A stretch of DNA of 64,000 nucleotides from Toensbergia leucococca (taxonomy: Eukaryota). The stretch lies in assembly GCA_022813965.1 (NCBI GenBank), contig JALDZS010000001.1:1-64000 (forward strand). Direction: 5' to 3'. Positions 1-9,622 of this stretch are shown in pieces. The notes below the pieces were generated by a model. That model had not been told where the DNA came from and ran no database searches. It saw nothing but the letters and a program-made list of their open reading frames with translations. Within the stretch, counting starts at the first letter, position 1. Every line of letters begins with the position of its first letter. The position numbers and the translations under genes were made by a program.

Positions 1-19
1 GATAACTGTTGCTACCATT

Positions 20-191
20 TGTAAGGGTCTCTTTTGAGATTCCAAATTCTGGGTGTAATTAGAAGATGGATTGCTATCTAGGTGCGGAGCTACTAGATAT
101 ACCGTGGCTATGCCAAGCCACTTAGGGTTCTTGGCTCGCCTATCCTCGCCTAATCACTCCTAGCCCTAAGGAAGAAAGAAACACCGTAACA
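20..191 (-). mobile_element. LTR (172 bp) of an LTR retrotransposon whose internal part extends left out of the window
   Basis: Minus strand reads TGTTACGG...CCTTACA (TG..CA ends with a short imperfect inverted repeat), followed after 2 nt by a PBS-like TGGTAGCAA (9-17). It begins exactly where the transposase reading frame breaks off. Confidence 0.65.
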
Positions 192-1114
192 GAAGGTAAT
201 TTGAATAGAACAATGTTGTGTGTTGTAGCAAAGTCTAGAAATTCTATTGTTAGATGAGATTTATACTCATCTACAATAAGAGGTCTTCATGCACTGATCT
301 GATATTTCTCACTATGCTGTTCAAAATGCTTGATTCAATGCAGGGCTATCTCATCATTAAAATAGTTGAAATCACTTGTACAAAAAACAATCTTATTATC
401 TAGATCATTTTTCTGAACTCAGCTGTGTAGAACTTGCTTGTCAGAAAAAATAAGCATGAATGAAATGCTATTGCTGACAGTGTTGATGCATTCAGCATCA
501 GAGATGTACTTTCTATTCTCAGGATCATGCAGTCATACAGAAGAGATCTTATGTAGAGAAACAACTCAATGTCCTCAGTCACAGCCTATGTGAAAGTCTG
601 TTTCATTCATATTTCATGTATCTGCGTTCTGAATCCCTTTTTCTATTCACATATTATTGTAGACATCAAAATGTAGATCTAGGGAAACAGGATCCTCTGC
701 ATTTGCACACTTCACAGCTATAGGGTTTTGCTTGCGTTTGAAAAGCTCAGGATGACATTTGATGAAGTGAGATACTCATAAAGCACTGATGATTGATGAC
801 GGGGAGAGATCAGAATGCCCCTGCGATAAGAGATAATTTGCAGCGTTATGAATCATCAAAATTCTAGGAGCCATATTGATCTTATTTAGTCACTCAATAT
901 ACTGCATAATAATTAATTTCTGAGCATCATTTAGACATTGATTGATCTGTGATCATGTAGATTTAGAAGGGAGTCCTTTTGCACGCTTTTGAAGACGATG
1001 AGGTTCTAGATCAAAATCTATCACTGCAGATCTCAGAGACGTGTAATCATCATTCTTATACGCGTCTAAGGCCTCCTCTATTCTTTCCTCCGCGTGATGA
1101 TAAGAATGAGACAT
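192..1114 (-). pseudogene. Degenerate Fot1/pogo (Tc1-mariner superfamily) DDE transposase; the element end probably lies near 1262
   Basis: Manual minus-strand translation from ATG 1114 gives MSHSYHHAEERIEEALDAYKNDDYTSLRSAV..RLQKRAKGLPSKST*..LNDAQKLIIMQYIE*LNKINMAPR (HTH region), then DT*NMNETDFHIG (cf. WNMDETGF) and NDEIALH*IKHF..RPLIVDEYKSHLTIEFLDFATTHNIVLFKLP (cf. DDE_1 LLILDGHGSH). Many in-frame stops. Confidence 0.88.
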
Positions 1115-1370
1115 TGCGTTGATGTATGATGAATGATTGAAAAGATGATGTATTTATCATGAAAATGCAACGTTGAGCTGATGGGCACTAAATGAGGAAC
1201 GAATTTCGTGTGAAGGAGTTGAATTTTCAATTCTAATGACGACATTTACCTTGGCACGATTATAACAAGCCAAGCAAACCCACCACCAACTCCCACCCAA
1301 ATTAAATCGTCATTGAAATCTCACCAAAGCTCTCATCACAAAACATCCTCAATCGCCTTCAAAAAAAACC

Positions 1371-1894
1371 ATGGCAACCACATCTATCACCCTCCCCCCA
1401 GACTACGGGTTCCGTCCCCCCTGCCCCAAAATAAAAGAAAAAAACCCACAAAAACTAACCCCCCCCAAAACAGCTACGTCCTCCTAACCGCCACGGCCCT
1501 CACCCTCCCCCTCCCCATCTTCCACACCCTCCTCACCTCCCGCCACCGCAAACGCGCCCAAGTCCCCTACCCAATCGCCTACGCCCCAGCCTCCGAAGCC
1601 GCCGACTCGCCCGCCAAATACTCCTTCAACTGCGCCCAGCGCTCCCACGCCAACTTTACCGACAACCTGCCGACGGCGCTGGTGGGGCTGTTTGTGGCCG
1701 GGCTGGGGTGGCCGAGGGTCAGTAGTGCGTTGGGGGTTGTGTGGGGGGTTGCGAGGGTGGTGTATGCGTTGGGGTATGTGCGGGCGGATAAGAAGGAGGG
1801 GAGGGGGAGGTTGGTGGGGACGTGGGGGTCGGGGCCGTTGGTGTTGTTGGGGTTGCTTGGGGGGTGGGTTGGGGTGGGGATTCTGATGGGGTAG
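1371..1894 (+). CDS. MAPEG family protein (microsomal glutathione S-transferase 3-like); exons 1371-1408, 1474-1894
   Basis: The spliced product starts MATTSITLPPDYGYVLL and contains FNCAQRSHANF and ARVVYALGY. The intron is GT..CTAAC..CAG. Confidence 0.9.
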
Positions 1895-2133
1895 GTGGGG
1901 TGCTGGGGGTGGGGAAAGGGGAAGCTAGTCTGGGGGACTTTGGAGCTGGTTGTTGTCATTGCTTTTGTGACGTTGGGTGTGGGCAGCGAAGATGTGTACT
2001 CGTAAAGCTTTGCAAAATATGCACCTATTCCACCCAAAGAAAATTTTCATGAGAAATTAAATAGCAGAGCAAAGCGCGCACGCAAGCAACTCGACCAAAA
2101 TGACTAACAAAACCACACACAGCGCTCTCTCAT

Positions 2134-2961
2134 TCAAATCCCCCACTCCTCATCACCATATCCATTCGTCACCACAAAGTACGCCCTCGCACGCAACGTC
2201 CAATTGATCGCCTTCACGCACTCCTGAAAAACGATCCCATGCTCCTGGTCATCCGGGTCCTCCTCATCCCTCCCAGTCCCACTCATAACAATCAAAAAAG
2301 CATGCTACACCAAACCTCCAGTGATTAGCCCCCGGGACCACATCAAGTATCCATCTTTCAAGATCAAAAAAAAAAAAAAAGAAAGCAAGAAAACTTACAA
2401 TCATCTCATGCGTCAGCGTCACAAGAACATGCCTCAGCCCCCTCCGCGCATCCAGCAGCAACAAATCCGCATTCAACATAATCAGCACTCTCTGACCAAA
2501 CCGAACTCGTGCCCCCAATCGCCGGGCCCGCACGTCCCGCCCGGTAGCGCTTTGGCGTTGTCTGGCAAATCCTGTGCGCATGCCCAGGCCAGGTAGACGT
2601 TGCCGGCCAACCTGCCTTCGAACAGGGCTTCGTCCAGGTCGTGAAAGACTCTGAACACGATGTCCGGGCTCCAGGATTCGAGAGCGTCGATGTATTTGAG
2701 GGCCCAGAGACGGCGGAGGGCGGCTTCTTGAGCGGTGGTTAGGGGTTGAGAGGGGTGATGGAGGCGGTGGAGGAGGCTGGCTGCGGTGCTGATGCCGATG
2801 CGGTGGAAGGGGTGATGGAAGGGGGCGTTTCGGTCTTGGAGGTCTTTGGCTAGGGTGTGGTCGAATTCGTAGGGGCCGCCTGTTTGGGGAATGTCGGCGG
2901 TGATGGTGTTGTAGAGGTGTTGGGAGCGTGGGGTGGTGTGGGAGTGAGAGGGGCTCGTCAT
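2134..2961 (-). CDS. SprT-like zinc metalloprotease paralog 1; intron 2305-2398; one apparent frameshift near 2512-2516 (assembly error or pseudogene)
   Basis: WSPDIVFRVFHDLDEALFEGRLAGNVYLAW, then in a shifted frame RVLIMLNADLL..LVTLTHEMI|HAFLIVMSG..EHGIVFQEC (HExxH plus a downstream HG). Colinear with the neighbouring paralog. Confidence 0.72.
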
Positions 2962-3290
2962 GGTTGTGTTAGGGGATGGTTTTTTTTTTGGGATTGGGTG
3001 AAGTTGGTTGTGCGAGCTTGGGGGTAGTGAGAGTTGTGAGAGTGTTTGTGTGTGATGGGCGGGTAGTTTGGTGCTGGTCTTATATCTATGAGGATCGGTC
3101 TTCATGTCGAGTATGTGACTCTTCGATTGCAAGTGTTGTTTCACACTGAGTCTGGGGATGGAGAGAGTGAGTGGAGCAGTGAATACGCATCCGAATACGA
3201 CCACGGTAGTAACGCAAAGCTGTTTTGGAAGTCAGTGAAGCTTGCCGTATGTTTTGATGACCATGGTAGCGAATCCAAGGACCGATTCGA

Positions 3291-4067
3291 CTAAAGGTAA
3301 GTATCGCCAGCGATAGTCCCTTGGAGGTAGGTGTGTTTTCGGAGAGGGTCGTTGATGGCAACCAGGCACCTCCTGAAATGGGCGCCGTGGCTTACGCACT
3401 CACTATCATCGTGGTCTCGGCCATCGCCCGTCATGACCCACAGGTAAGCATGGATCATTTCGTGTATCAGCGTCTCGACTACCTGCTTCAGTCTTATCCC
3501 TCGACCCTCGTAGAGCGCTTGACGGTTCAGCTGCACCGTCGCCCTATATCTTACACGCTCTTTTGGCGTGTATGAGAGCGGCGTATTAGTAACCGCCCAG
3601 GGACGTGACAGCTTGCCATTGTTCACGTGTGCCAAAGAGAATCCGGGGCCGCCGTTAAGCTCAGGATGCGTCTCATCGATCCAGTTCAGAGCAACGTTCC
3701 CGCTCATGCTACCACGAAACAACGCATCATCCAAGTCCTGGAAGACTCTATATATAATATCCGGGCCCCAAGTTCCGAAGAGGTCCAGGTCTTCTAAGGT
3801 GGCTAGACGGCGAAGAGCAGAAGCCCGTTTCTCGTCGAGGGGCTGATCAGGGTGGTTTATACCCTCTAAACTCATTGTCGCAAAGGATATGTCGATAGGA
3901 GGACAGAGAGAACGGGTCGGAGCATCAAGGTGTTGAACATCTGCGAATCGCGCGAGATCAAAGGAGTATGGAGTAGTATCAAGAGAGGATGAGTGGACTT
4001 TGACGAAAGAGTTAAGGCGGCCCAAATCGGAGGTCAAGTAAGTCGGAATCTTGGAGAATGCAGGCAT
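3291..4067 (-). CDS. SprT-like zinc metalloprotease paralog 2 (intronless)
   Basis: 258 aa ORF with FQDLDDALFRGSM and TLIHEMIHAYL..SHGAHF, a SprT-type motif arrangement. Confidence 0.8.
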   Translation of the reverse strand: MPAFSKIPTYLTSDLGRLNSFVKVHSSSLDTTPYSFDLARFADVQHLDAPTRSLCPPIDISFATMSLEGINHPDQPLDEKRASALRRLATLEDLDLFGTWGPDIIYRVFQDLDDALFRGSMSGNVALNWIDETHPELNGGPGFSLAHVNNGKLSRPWAVTNTPLSYTPKERVRYRATVQLNRQALYEGRGIRLKQVVETLIHEMIHAYLWVMTGDGRDHDDSECVSHGAHFRRCLVAINDPLRKHTYLQGTIAGDTYL

Positions 4068-4072
4068 GATAA

Positions 4073-4184
4073 TGGATAGAAGACTTGATGGATTGGAGAC
4101 TTGATGACTTCACGGATGGAAGACTTGATGGATGAGAGACTTGATGACTTGATGGATGGGAGACTTGACCGATGGAAGACTTGA
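4073..4184. repeat. Tandem repeat: six 16-bp units (TGGATGGAAGACTTGA-like) and two 8-bp half units
   Basis: Units read directly in the order 16,16,8,16,16,8,16,16 = 112 bp. Confidence 0.85.
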
Positions 4185-4638
4185 TGTATGGTTATAATAA
4201 AGCGTCGAGATTGAAACAGAGATGATGATGGGTGGGATTAGACTGAATTCTGAAGAGCACGAAACAGATGTGGATGTGAGGAATATATACCTAAGGAGGG
4301 AAACACAATTAAGGAGCCGTTAGTGCAGGGCAGACAATAGACGTGTTGAAAAGACAATAGACTTCTCGATGAATTGATAGGAGCTGGCAGAAACTTCAAC
4401 AGTTTTGTGACACTAATATTCACTAAACCATTAACGGATCTCTCACTGTTGTAAAGTATCATTGACACTTATCTGAAGAGACCCTTTCCTGATCTATAAC
4501 CAATATGCTCTGTTCGAAAAGAGTATGTTTTCTTCAAATAGGAATTCAATGTACCAAAAAGGGATGTCAGTGTGTCAGTGTATCAGTAGCCAGAGTATAA
4601 TGCAAACTTTATTTCGTCCAATATTTTATTTACCTTTG

Positions 4639-5948
4639 TCAAAATCTTGAAGATCTTCCCGAAGTTCTGTACATGGTAAACCCAACGTACGCCCCAGCGA
4701 TGACAATGCCAATCAACGCAATTTTGAATAAAAACCAACCCCATCCGGAACTCTCAGAACTACCACGGTTTGGGTCATACCCTTTACCTTTCTGTTTTCC
4801 GCCTTTATTGCCCTCCTTTTTCGACCCTTCCATGTACTGGTGACTCTGATATAGATTCCTCGAATCCACGGAGATAATATCATGATTATCACTAAGCTCG
4901 CCGGTCTCGGCACTGAAACCAAGATAGGAAACAGCGGGGATAGTGATAGCACCGGTCTCGAAGCACACAGTCCATTCGTTGAGGCTCTTGTACTGCAATT
5001 CTAACTTCAAAGATTGGTCTTGAAAATATGTAATTCGAGCTTTTGTAGGTATGGAAGCCCCTCGAAGACCACGAGCCTGATGATTATAATTAGCAATTGT
5101 GTTTACACCCAACCTTAGGTTTTGTAATCTGTACCGAGCATCCAGCTAGTTCGTTGGCCTTGCCATCATGATCTTTATCATATGTCGTCTGACCGTCACC
5201 TAGCATGGCCATGACATAAGGAAAGACGACCCCAGGACGATTGTTCTTATAAGTATCGATGAAGATTCCCAAGCCCTCAAACTTATCCACGGAACCGAAT
5301 ACCGTGCCAGGCATAGCACGTTGTTTTGTAAGCCAGATAGCCATGCCATCTGCGTGCAAAGTTCCTGCGCCATGTATCTTGAATTCGATCTCAATCTAGA
5401 GGGCAGGAATCAGAGTAAAGTATGAACAAATCGAGGCATTGGGTTAGGGACCTCCCAATTTGTGGCCGTCAGAGGAACACGGGAAAAGAGCCAACCCTCT
5501 TGAGATGGGCGATCAGACGTGAGACGAATATATCTGCGATCGTACCCTAAGTATTATGCTATATCTATGGATGAAAAGGGGTCGCACTGGTCTGCTCTGA
5601 CTATAGTGTCTCCTCCAAAGTCGAACCATCGGCTTTGCATATCTGAGTCTAGGTATGGCTGAACCATGAGCTTCACGTATCAGCTATAATCCTTCTCATT
5701 CTTATATATTTTTTGATGTTCTGGGACAAAAAAGACTACGGTCTCGCTGGCAAACTGACTGCTGATATGCTATGTGTACGAAGCTATCGATTTTTAAAAG
5801 TCAGCTGTGATAGGAATATGCAACCGTGCCAAACACGTACGGGTATGCTTTTGACGCTGGAATCTTTGGAGTCTGCCTGGAGGGCGGCTTGGGCGCCGAG
5901 ACTTGCTGCCAGAAGCCATAGCAATGAAGCAGGCCACGGCAGCGTCAT
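4639..5948 (-). CDS. L-type lectin, VIP36/LMAN2-like type I membrane protein; multi-exon
   Basis: Signal peptide MTLPWPASLLWLLAA, then RWFDFGGDTIVR, HADGMAIWLT, FEGLGIFIDTYKN, YLGFSAETGELSDNHDIIS, and a C-terminal TM segment with a short tail ending RF. Confidence 0.9.
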
Positions 5949-6986
5949 TGTTGGTCTCCTTGGAAGTGTGCACAAGAAGGTAACACCAATGAAAACATGC
6001 GCTCAAGTATTTTACATAAAGATATGATATGAGTATCTTGATCTCAGGCGCTATTCTTTCGGAGGCATGCTTCGCTCGCGTGGTCAAACTTGTCCTTCGG
6101 AAGGAAAGTTTATCCATACCAAGAGACATATTTTGAATCGAATGTGCACGGCCTCACGCCCTCACAACTCAGCATTTTAGTGTTTCATTATCATCTTTCC
6201 GTGTTACCGGTGATATCTATTCTAGTAGTCCTACATAAGACTCTTTCCAAAGCTCCTCCTGAGATACTCGTCCAATTACCAAGCTCGATCACCCTCTCCG
6301 CTCATCTAAAAGCCGCCTTTATGGACATCAACAACACTCTGGACATATCCTCCCCCAAGGCCGCCATCATCAGTTCAATTCTAAGAGAGACTGCAATGAA
6401 CAACGCTCGGCAACTTATAGGAGTGTGCAATGCCAGAACCCTCTGGAACACGAGGTCTTGCTAAACTATCCTAGAAACTCAATGAGCACTGCTTCGAGAA
6501 ATGTATCTCTTCGCCCTCCACTTCTTTGTCGAAGAAAGATGATACATGTTTGACACAATGCATGGAGAAGTACATGGCAACGTGGAATACGGTCAGCCGG
6601 CAGTTCATCGGTCGAATCAAAACGGCAGAAACCACAGATCGTGTTGTTGGTTTGGGATTAGATATGTAATATCGGGATTATTTGGTTCCATCAAGGCTTA
6701 ACGATGGACTGAAGCAAATTCAAACATGATGAAATTTCGACAACTTGGAATATAAGACATCTAAGCCACAAGTGGGGTCGTCGTGCGAAGGAATGTCAGT
6801 ATTCGGGTTTGCAGTCCACTACTACACACATTGAATAGAGCTGACGATCATGGACAATTGGAGCCATACTGAACTTGATTGCTAGTATATAGACAATGCC
6901 AGGCTCTGGCACCAAAACAAACAATAATACTGTATTTAACGCCCTCAATGCAACATGATGAATTTCAACTAATGTCTTCATGTCAT

Positions 6987-7955
6987 TCATCTCGGAGCCG
7001 GGAGCTCTTTCCTCGTTGGTGCGTCCCCTGCAAGATTCTTCTGCCTCTCCGCATACTCCCTTACAAAGATTGAGCAATCTATTTCCGAGCAAAGCTGTTT
7101 TCTTCGTTGTGCCGGGAGTTTTGTCGCGAATTCCAACCCACTCGCCCTCTCCACCGCCTCAATTGGCACTTGAAAATCCTTCAAGGGCTTCTCGTTCGCA
7201 ATTGGAGCATTAGGTAACACAAAGGCCCCCACACTCACATTTCCCCCCGTTTTCCCATCTTCCGCAAAAATGACCTTGTAGAAATGTGTCGGCACCGCCA
7301 CGTTTGGCGGGCTACCAATGACTTCGTACGACACACGCCATTTGCCATCTCCATCTTTGCGAGGTAGGTAGAGAGGTCCAGTAACCACACGAACAGAGGG
7401 ATAATTATTGGTTAAACGGCGGCAGAAGTCTTCAAGATGAGCCCAGTAGTCTCTATTGAACCCGTCCCCCACTTGCGGGCACATATTAGTCAATAGGAAT
7501 GTTTGATTCATAGCCTCCTGGCTCCATTGTGCATCCGCTGCGGGTACTTGGTGCCCCCTATCATAACCCGAGCGAAAATAGTCGTGGAGTTTTGCCCGGA
7601 ATTTTTCAGGGATGGCGGTGTCTTCCACAAAGTAGGAATGGCGACGATCACCACCACGGAGGGCTAGAGAGGCAGGTGTTATGTGTTCAGCAACCCAGAG
7701 GGGGTTGCGATTACGGCGATCGAATGCGGAAACTGTAGAGAGGGTAGGGAGGAGGTCGGAAATAGGACCGGGAAAGCCGTATTGGAAGAGCCCGGTTGGG
7801 TCGACTGGATGTTCGAGAGCCTTGGAAGGACTAGGCAAGATTGAGGGGACTGCAGAGACTTTGCGCGACGGGAGGGAGGAGTAGAAGGCTGATGCTGCAG
7901 CGGCACCAGTGGCCGCTGAAACGCCTGCTATGATGGCCAAAGTAGTTTTTGACAT
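6987..7955 (-). CDS. NUC1: Mitochondrial DNA/RNA non-specific nuclease (EndoG family)
   Basis: DYFRSGYDRGHQVPAAD active-site motif, plus TFLLTNMCPQ and VAVPTHFYKV. Confidence 0.95.
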   Translation of the reverse strand: MSKTTLAIIAGVSAATGAAAASAFYSSLPSRKVSAVPSILPSPSKALEHPVDPTGLFQYGFPGPISDLLPTLSTVSAFDRRNRNPLWVAEHITPASLALRGGDRRHSYFVEDTAIPEKFRAKLHDYFRSGYDRGHQVPAADAQWSQEAMNQTFLLTNMCPQVGDGFNRDYWAHLEDFCRRLTNNYPSVRVVTGPLYLPRKDGDGKWRVSYEVIGSPPNVAVPTHFYKVIFAEDGKTGGNVSVGAFVLPNAPIANEKPLKDFQVPIEAVERASGLEFATKLPAQRRKQLCSEIDCSIFVREYAERQKNLAGDAPTRKELPAPR

Positions 7956-8286
7956 TTTGAAGACGATGGCATTAGAAGCGGCAGAGGTGAAGAAGTCACC
8001 TTGGCTTTAGGGAACTCTGGTGACGAAAGTAGTCATCGGATCCTCGTAGACGACGAGACACGCGCCAGGTGCATTCTTCGTGTGCCGGCAACAAGGTATC
8101 AGGCTGATTCCGCGGATCATCGTTGATCCGGACCGAGCACGTCATGTAACCTTCGAAGACAGCCTCATTTTCTCCTTCATCATAAACAGAACTGATGAGA
8201 AATAACGGGCTCACTTGAGGTACCTCTTGGCATACGTGCTGCCAGATATTCAATCGGTAGCCCCCAAATGATCATTCTGATTGCTG

Positions 8287-8562
8287 CTAAATCTTCAATT
8301 CTTCACAGTGTGCAACAACATCTGGAGGCTCGACCTTAGGTGATTGCTTCAATCTAGGACATGTAGAGCGCATGTACTCCGCACTCTCTCCGTGGGCAAG
8401 CCTTGCCTTCGACTTTCTTTTCTTGCGCGACGGAAGACCCATATCTTTGCACATCTCTATAATGTGGCCATCCTCTAGATTAATTGCCCACTGATGTTTC
8501 GACAAGTCATTGAGACGATCAAAGTCAAAATCTACGAAGCGTGAAAAAAAGCCGGGTGGCAT
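8287..8562 (-). CDS. Possible small hypothetical protein or gene remnant
   Basis: Open frame MPPGFFSRFVDFDFD..IEMCKDMGLPS looks protein-like, but I cannot assign a family. Confidence 0.2.
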   Translation of the reverse strand: MPPGFFSRFVDFDFDRLNDLSKHQWAINLEDGHIIEMCKDMGLPSRKKRKSKARLAHGESAEYMRSTCPRLKQSPKVEPPDVVAHCEELKI

Positions 8563-8679
8563 TGGCTTCTTATGTTTTTCTAGGCTAGGGCACGAATGAA
8601 AACAAAGGCGAATGTCTTGGATGATGCACGGCTTTGAAATCCTAAGGTCATGGAAATTGGCCATCAAACAATAGAAAAG

Positions 8680-9604
8680 CTAAACGACGAAAGCCCTTCT
8701 CTGCGGCCAAACCATCCAAGCCGACGTTACTAGTAGTTTAATCGCTGCTGCAACCCAGAGCGGAATCTGCAACTGTCGAGTCGACTGACTAATGAAACCT
8801 CCTGCGACAGCGCCAACAAGGATCCCAATGAAGGCAAAAGCCCTTCTGTTTCTCTTCACGTTGCTCTTCCATGGGTCAAGAAGATTCTGGTCTGAGGCTA
8901 TGTCATGAAGCATGGATGTCAAGACCACTGTTGGAATTTCCGCGAGATCCAACGACCGAGACGATACGATTTGTCCGGCGCTTTGGAAACTTAGTAGTGC
9001 TATTGGGATTTCTTGAAACCAGTCAATGTCGTCTACTATGGTTTCTAAGGAGCCATTGATGGCACCGGATTGGATAATGGCCGCAGTAATCAGAATGAAA
9101 ATAGATTGGACGAGGAAGGAGGCAACGAGGGTACTGCGGCGCAAACGACCTAGCAACCTGCAACCTTGGGAAAAGCAGAAACAGCCAAAGACGAAAAAGG
9201 TAATTGAGGTGAGCGACTTGGCCCATCCGTATGGCTTTCTCGTTGAGTGGGAAGTAGAACCACCGAGGCCTAGGAAAATGGTATTGCCTGGATAACGTTA
9301 TCTTCCGCTTACAAGAAGTGGAAACGACACATTGCGCAGAAGAAATCCTAGTGAGAATGCGAGGCTTACCAGTCTGCATGGAGACAAAGGTTCCATAGGC
9401 ATTATAGATGGTACTGTCGACTAGACCTGATATCAAACAACAAGAGAGTAAGAGCGTGTCTGCGTGCGTTGTGGTGACGTCGGCATTGAGATGAGCCATG
9501 CATTGCTCGAGGATAGAGGCTTTCCTTTGGCTGTTGCTTGCTGAAGATGGACTTGTCAAGAGTGCATCATCCGTGTCTTTTGGTGTTTGACAAGTTGCTG
9601 CCAT
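8680..9604 (-). CDS. DUF1275 (YoaK-like) multi-pass membrane protein; intron 9288-9369
   Basis: SGLVDS..FVSMQTG|NTIFLGLG, LLSFQSAGQ and EIPTVVLTS motifs typical of fungal DUF1275 proteins. Confidence 0.88.
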
Positions 9605-9622
9605 GTTTGAGCAGTGGTAACA

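Noticed and set aside
400..582. 60-aa minus-strand ORF
   Set aside because: An off-frame by-product of the mutated transposase.
1579..2052. Overlapping Pro/Thr-rich and Gly/Trp-rich ORFs around the MAPEG gene
   Set aside because: Shadow ORFs produced by the C/G skew, which depletes stop codons.
4073..4184. Short repeat arrays (also 58960-59036) as CRISPR-like
   Set aside because: Eukaryotic context, contiguous units without unique spacers, and no cas genes.
6090..6464. 124-aa plus-strand ORF
   Set aside because: No ATG at the annotated start and no recognisable motif; lies in the lectin upstream region.
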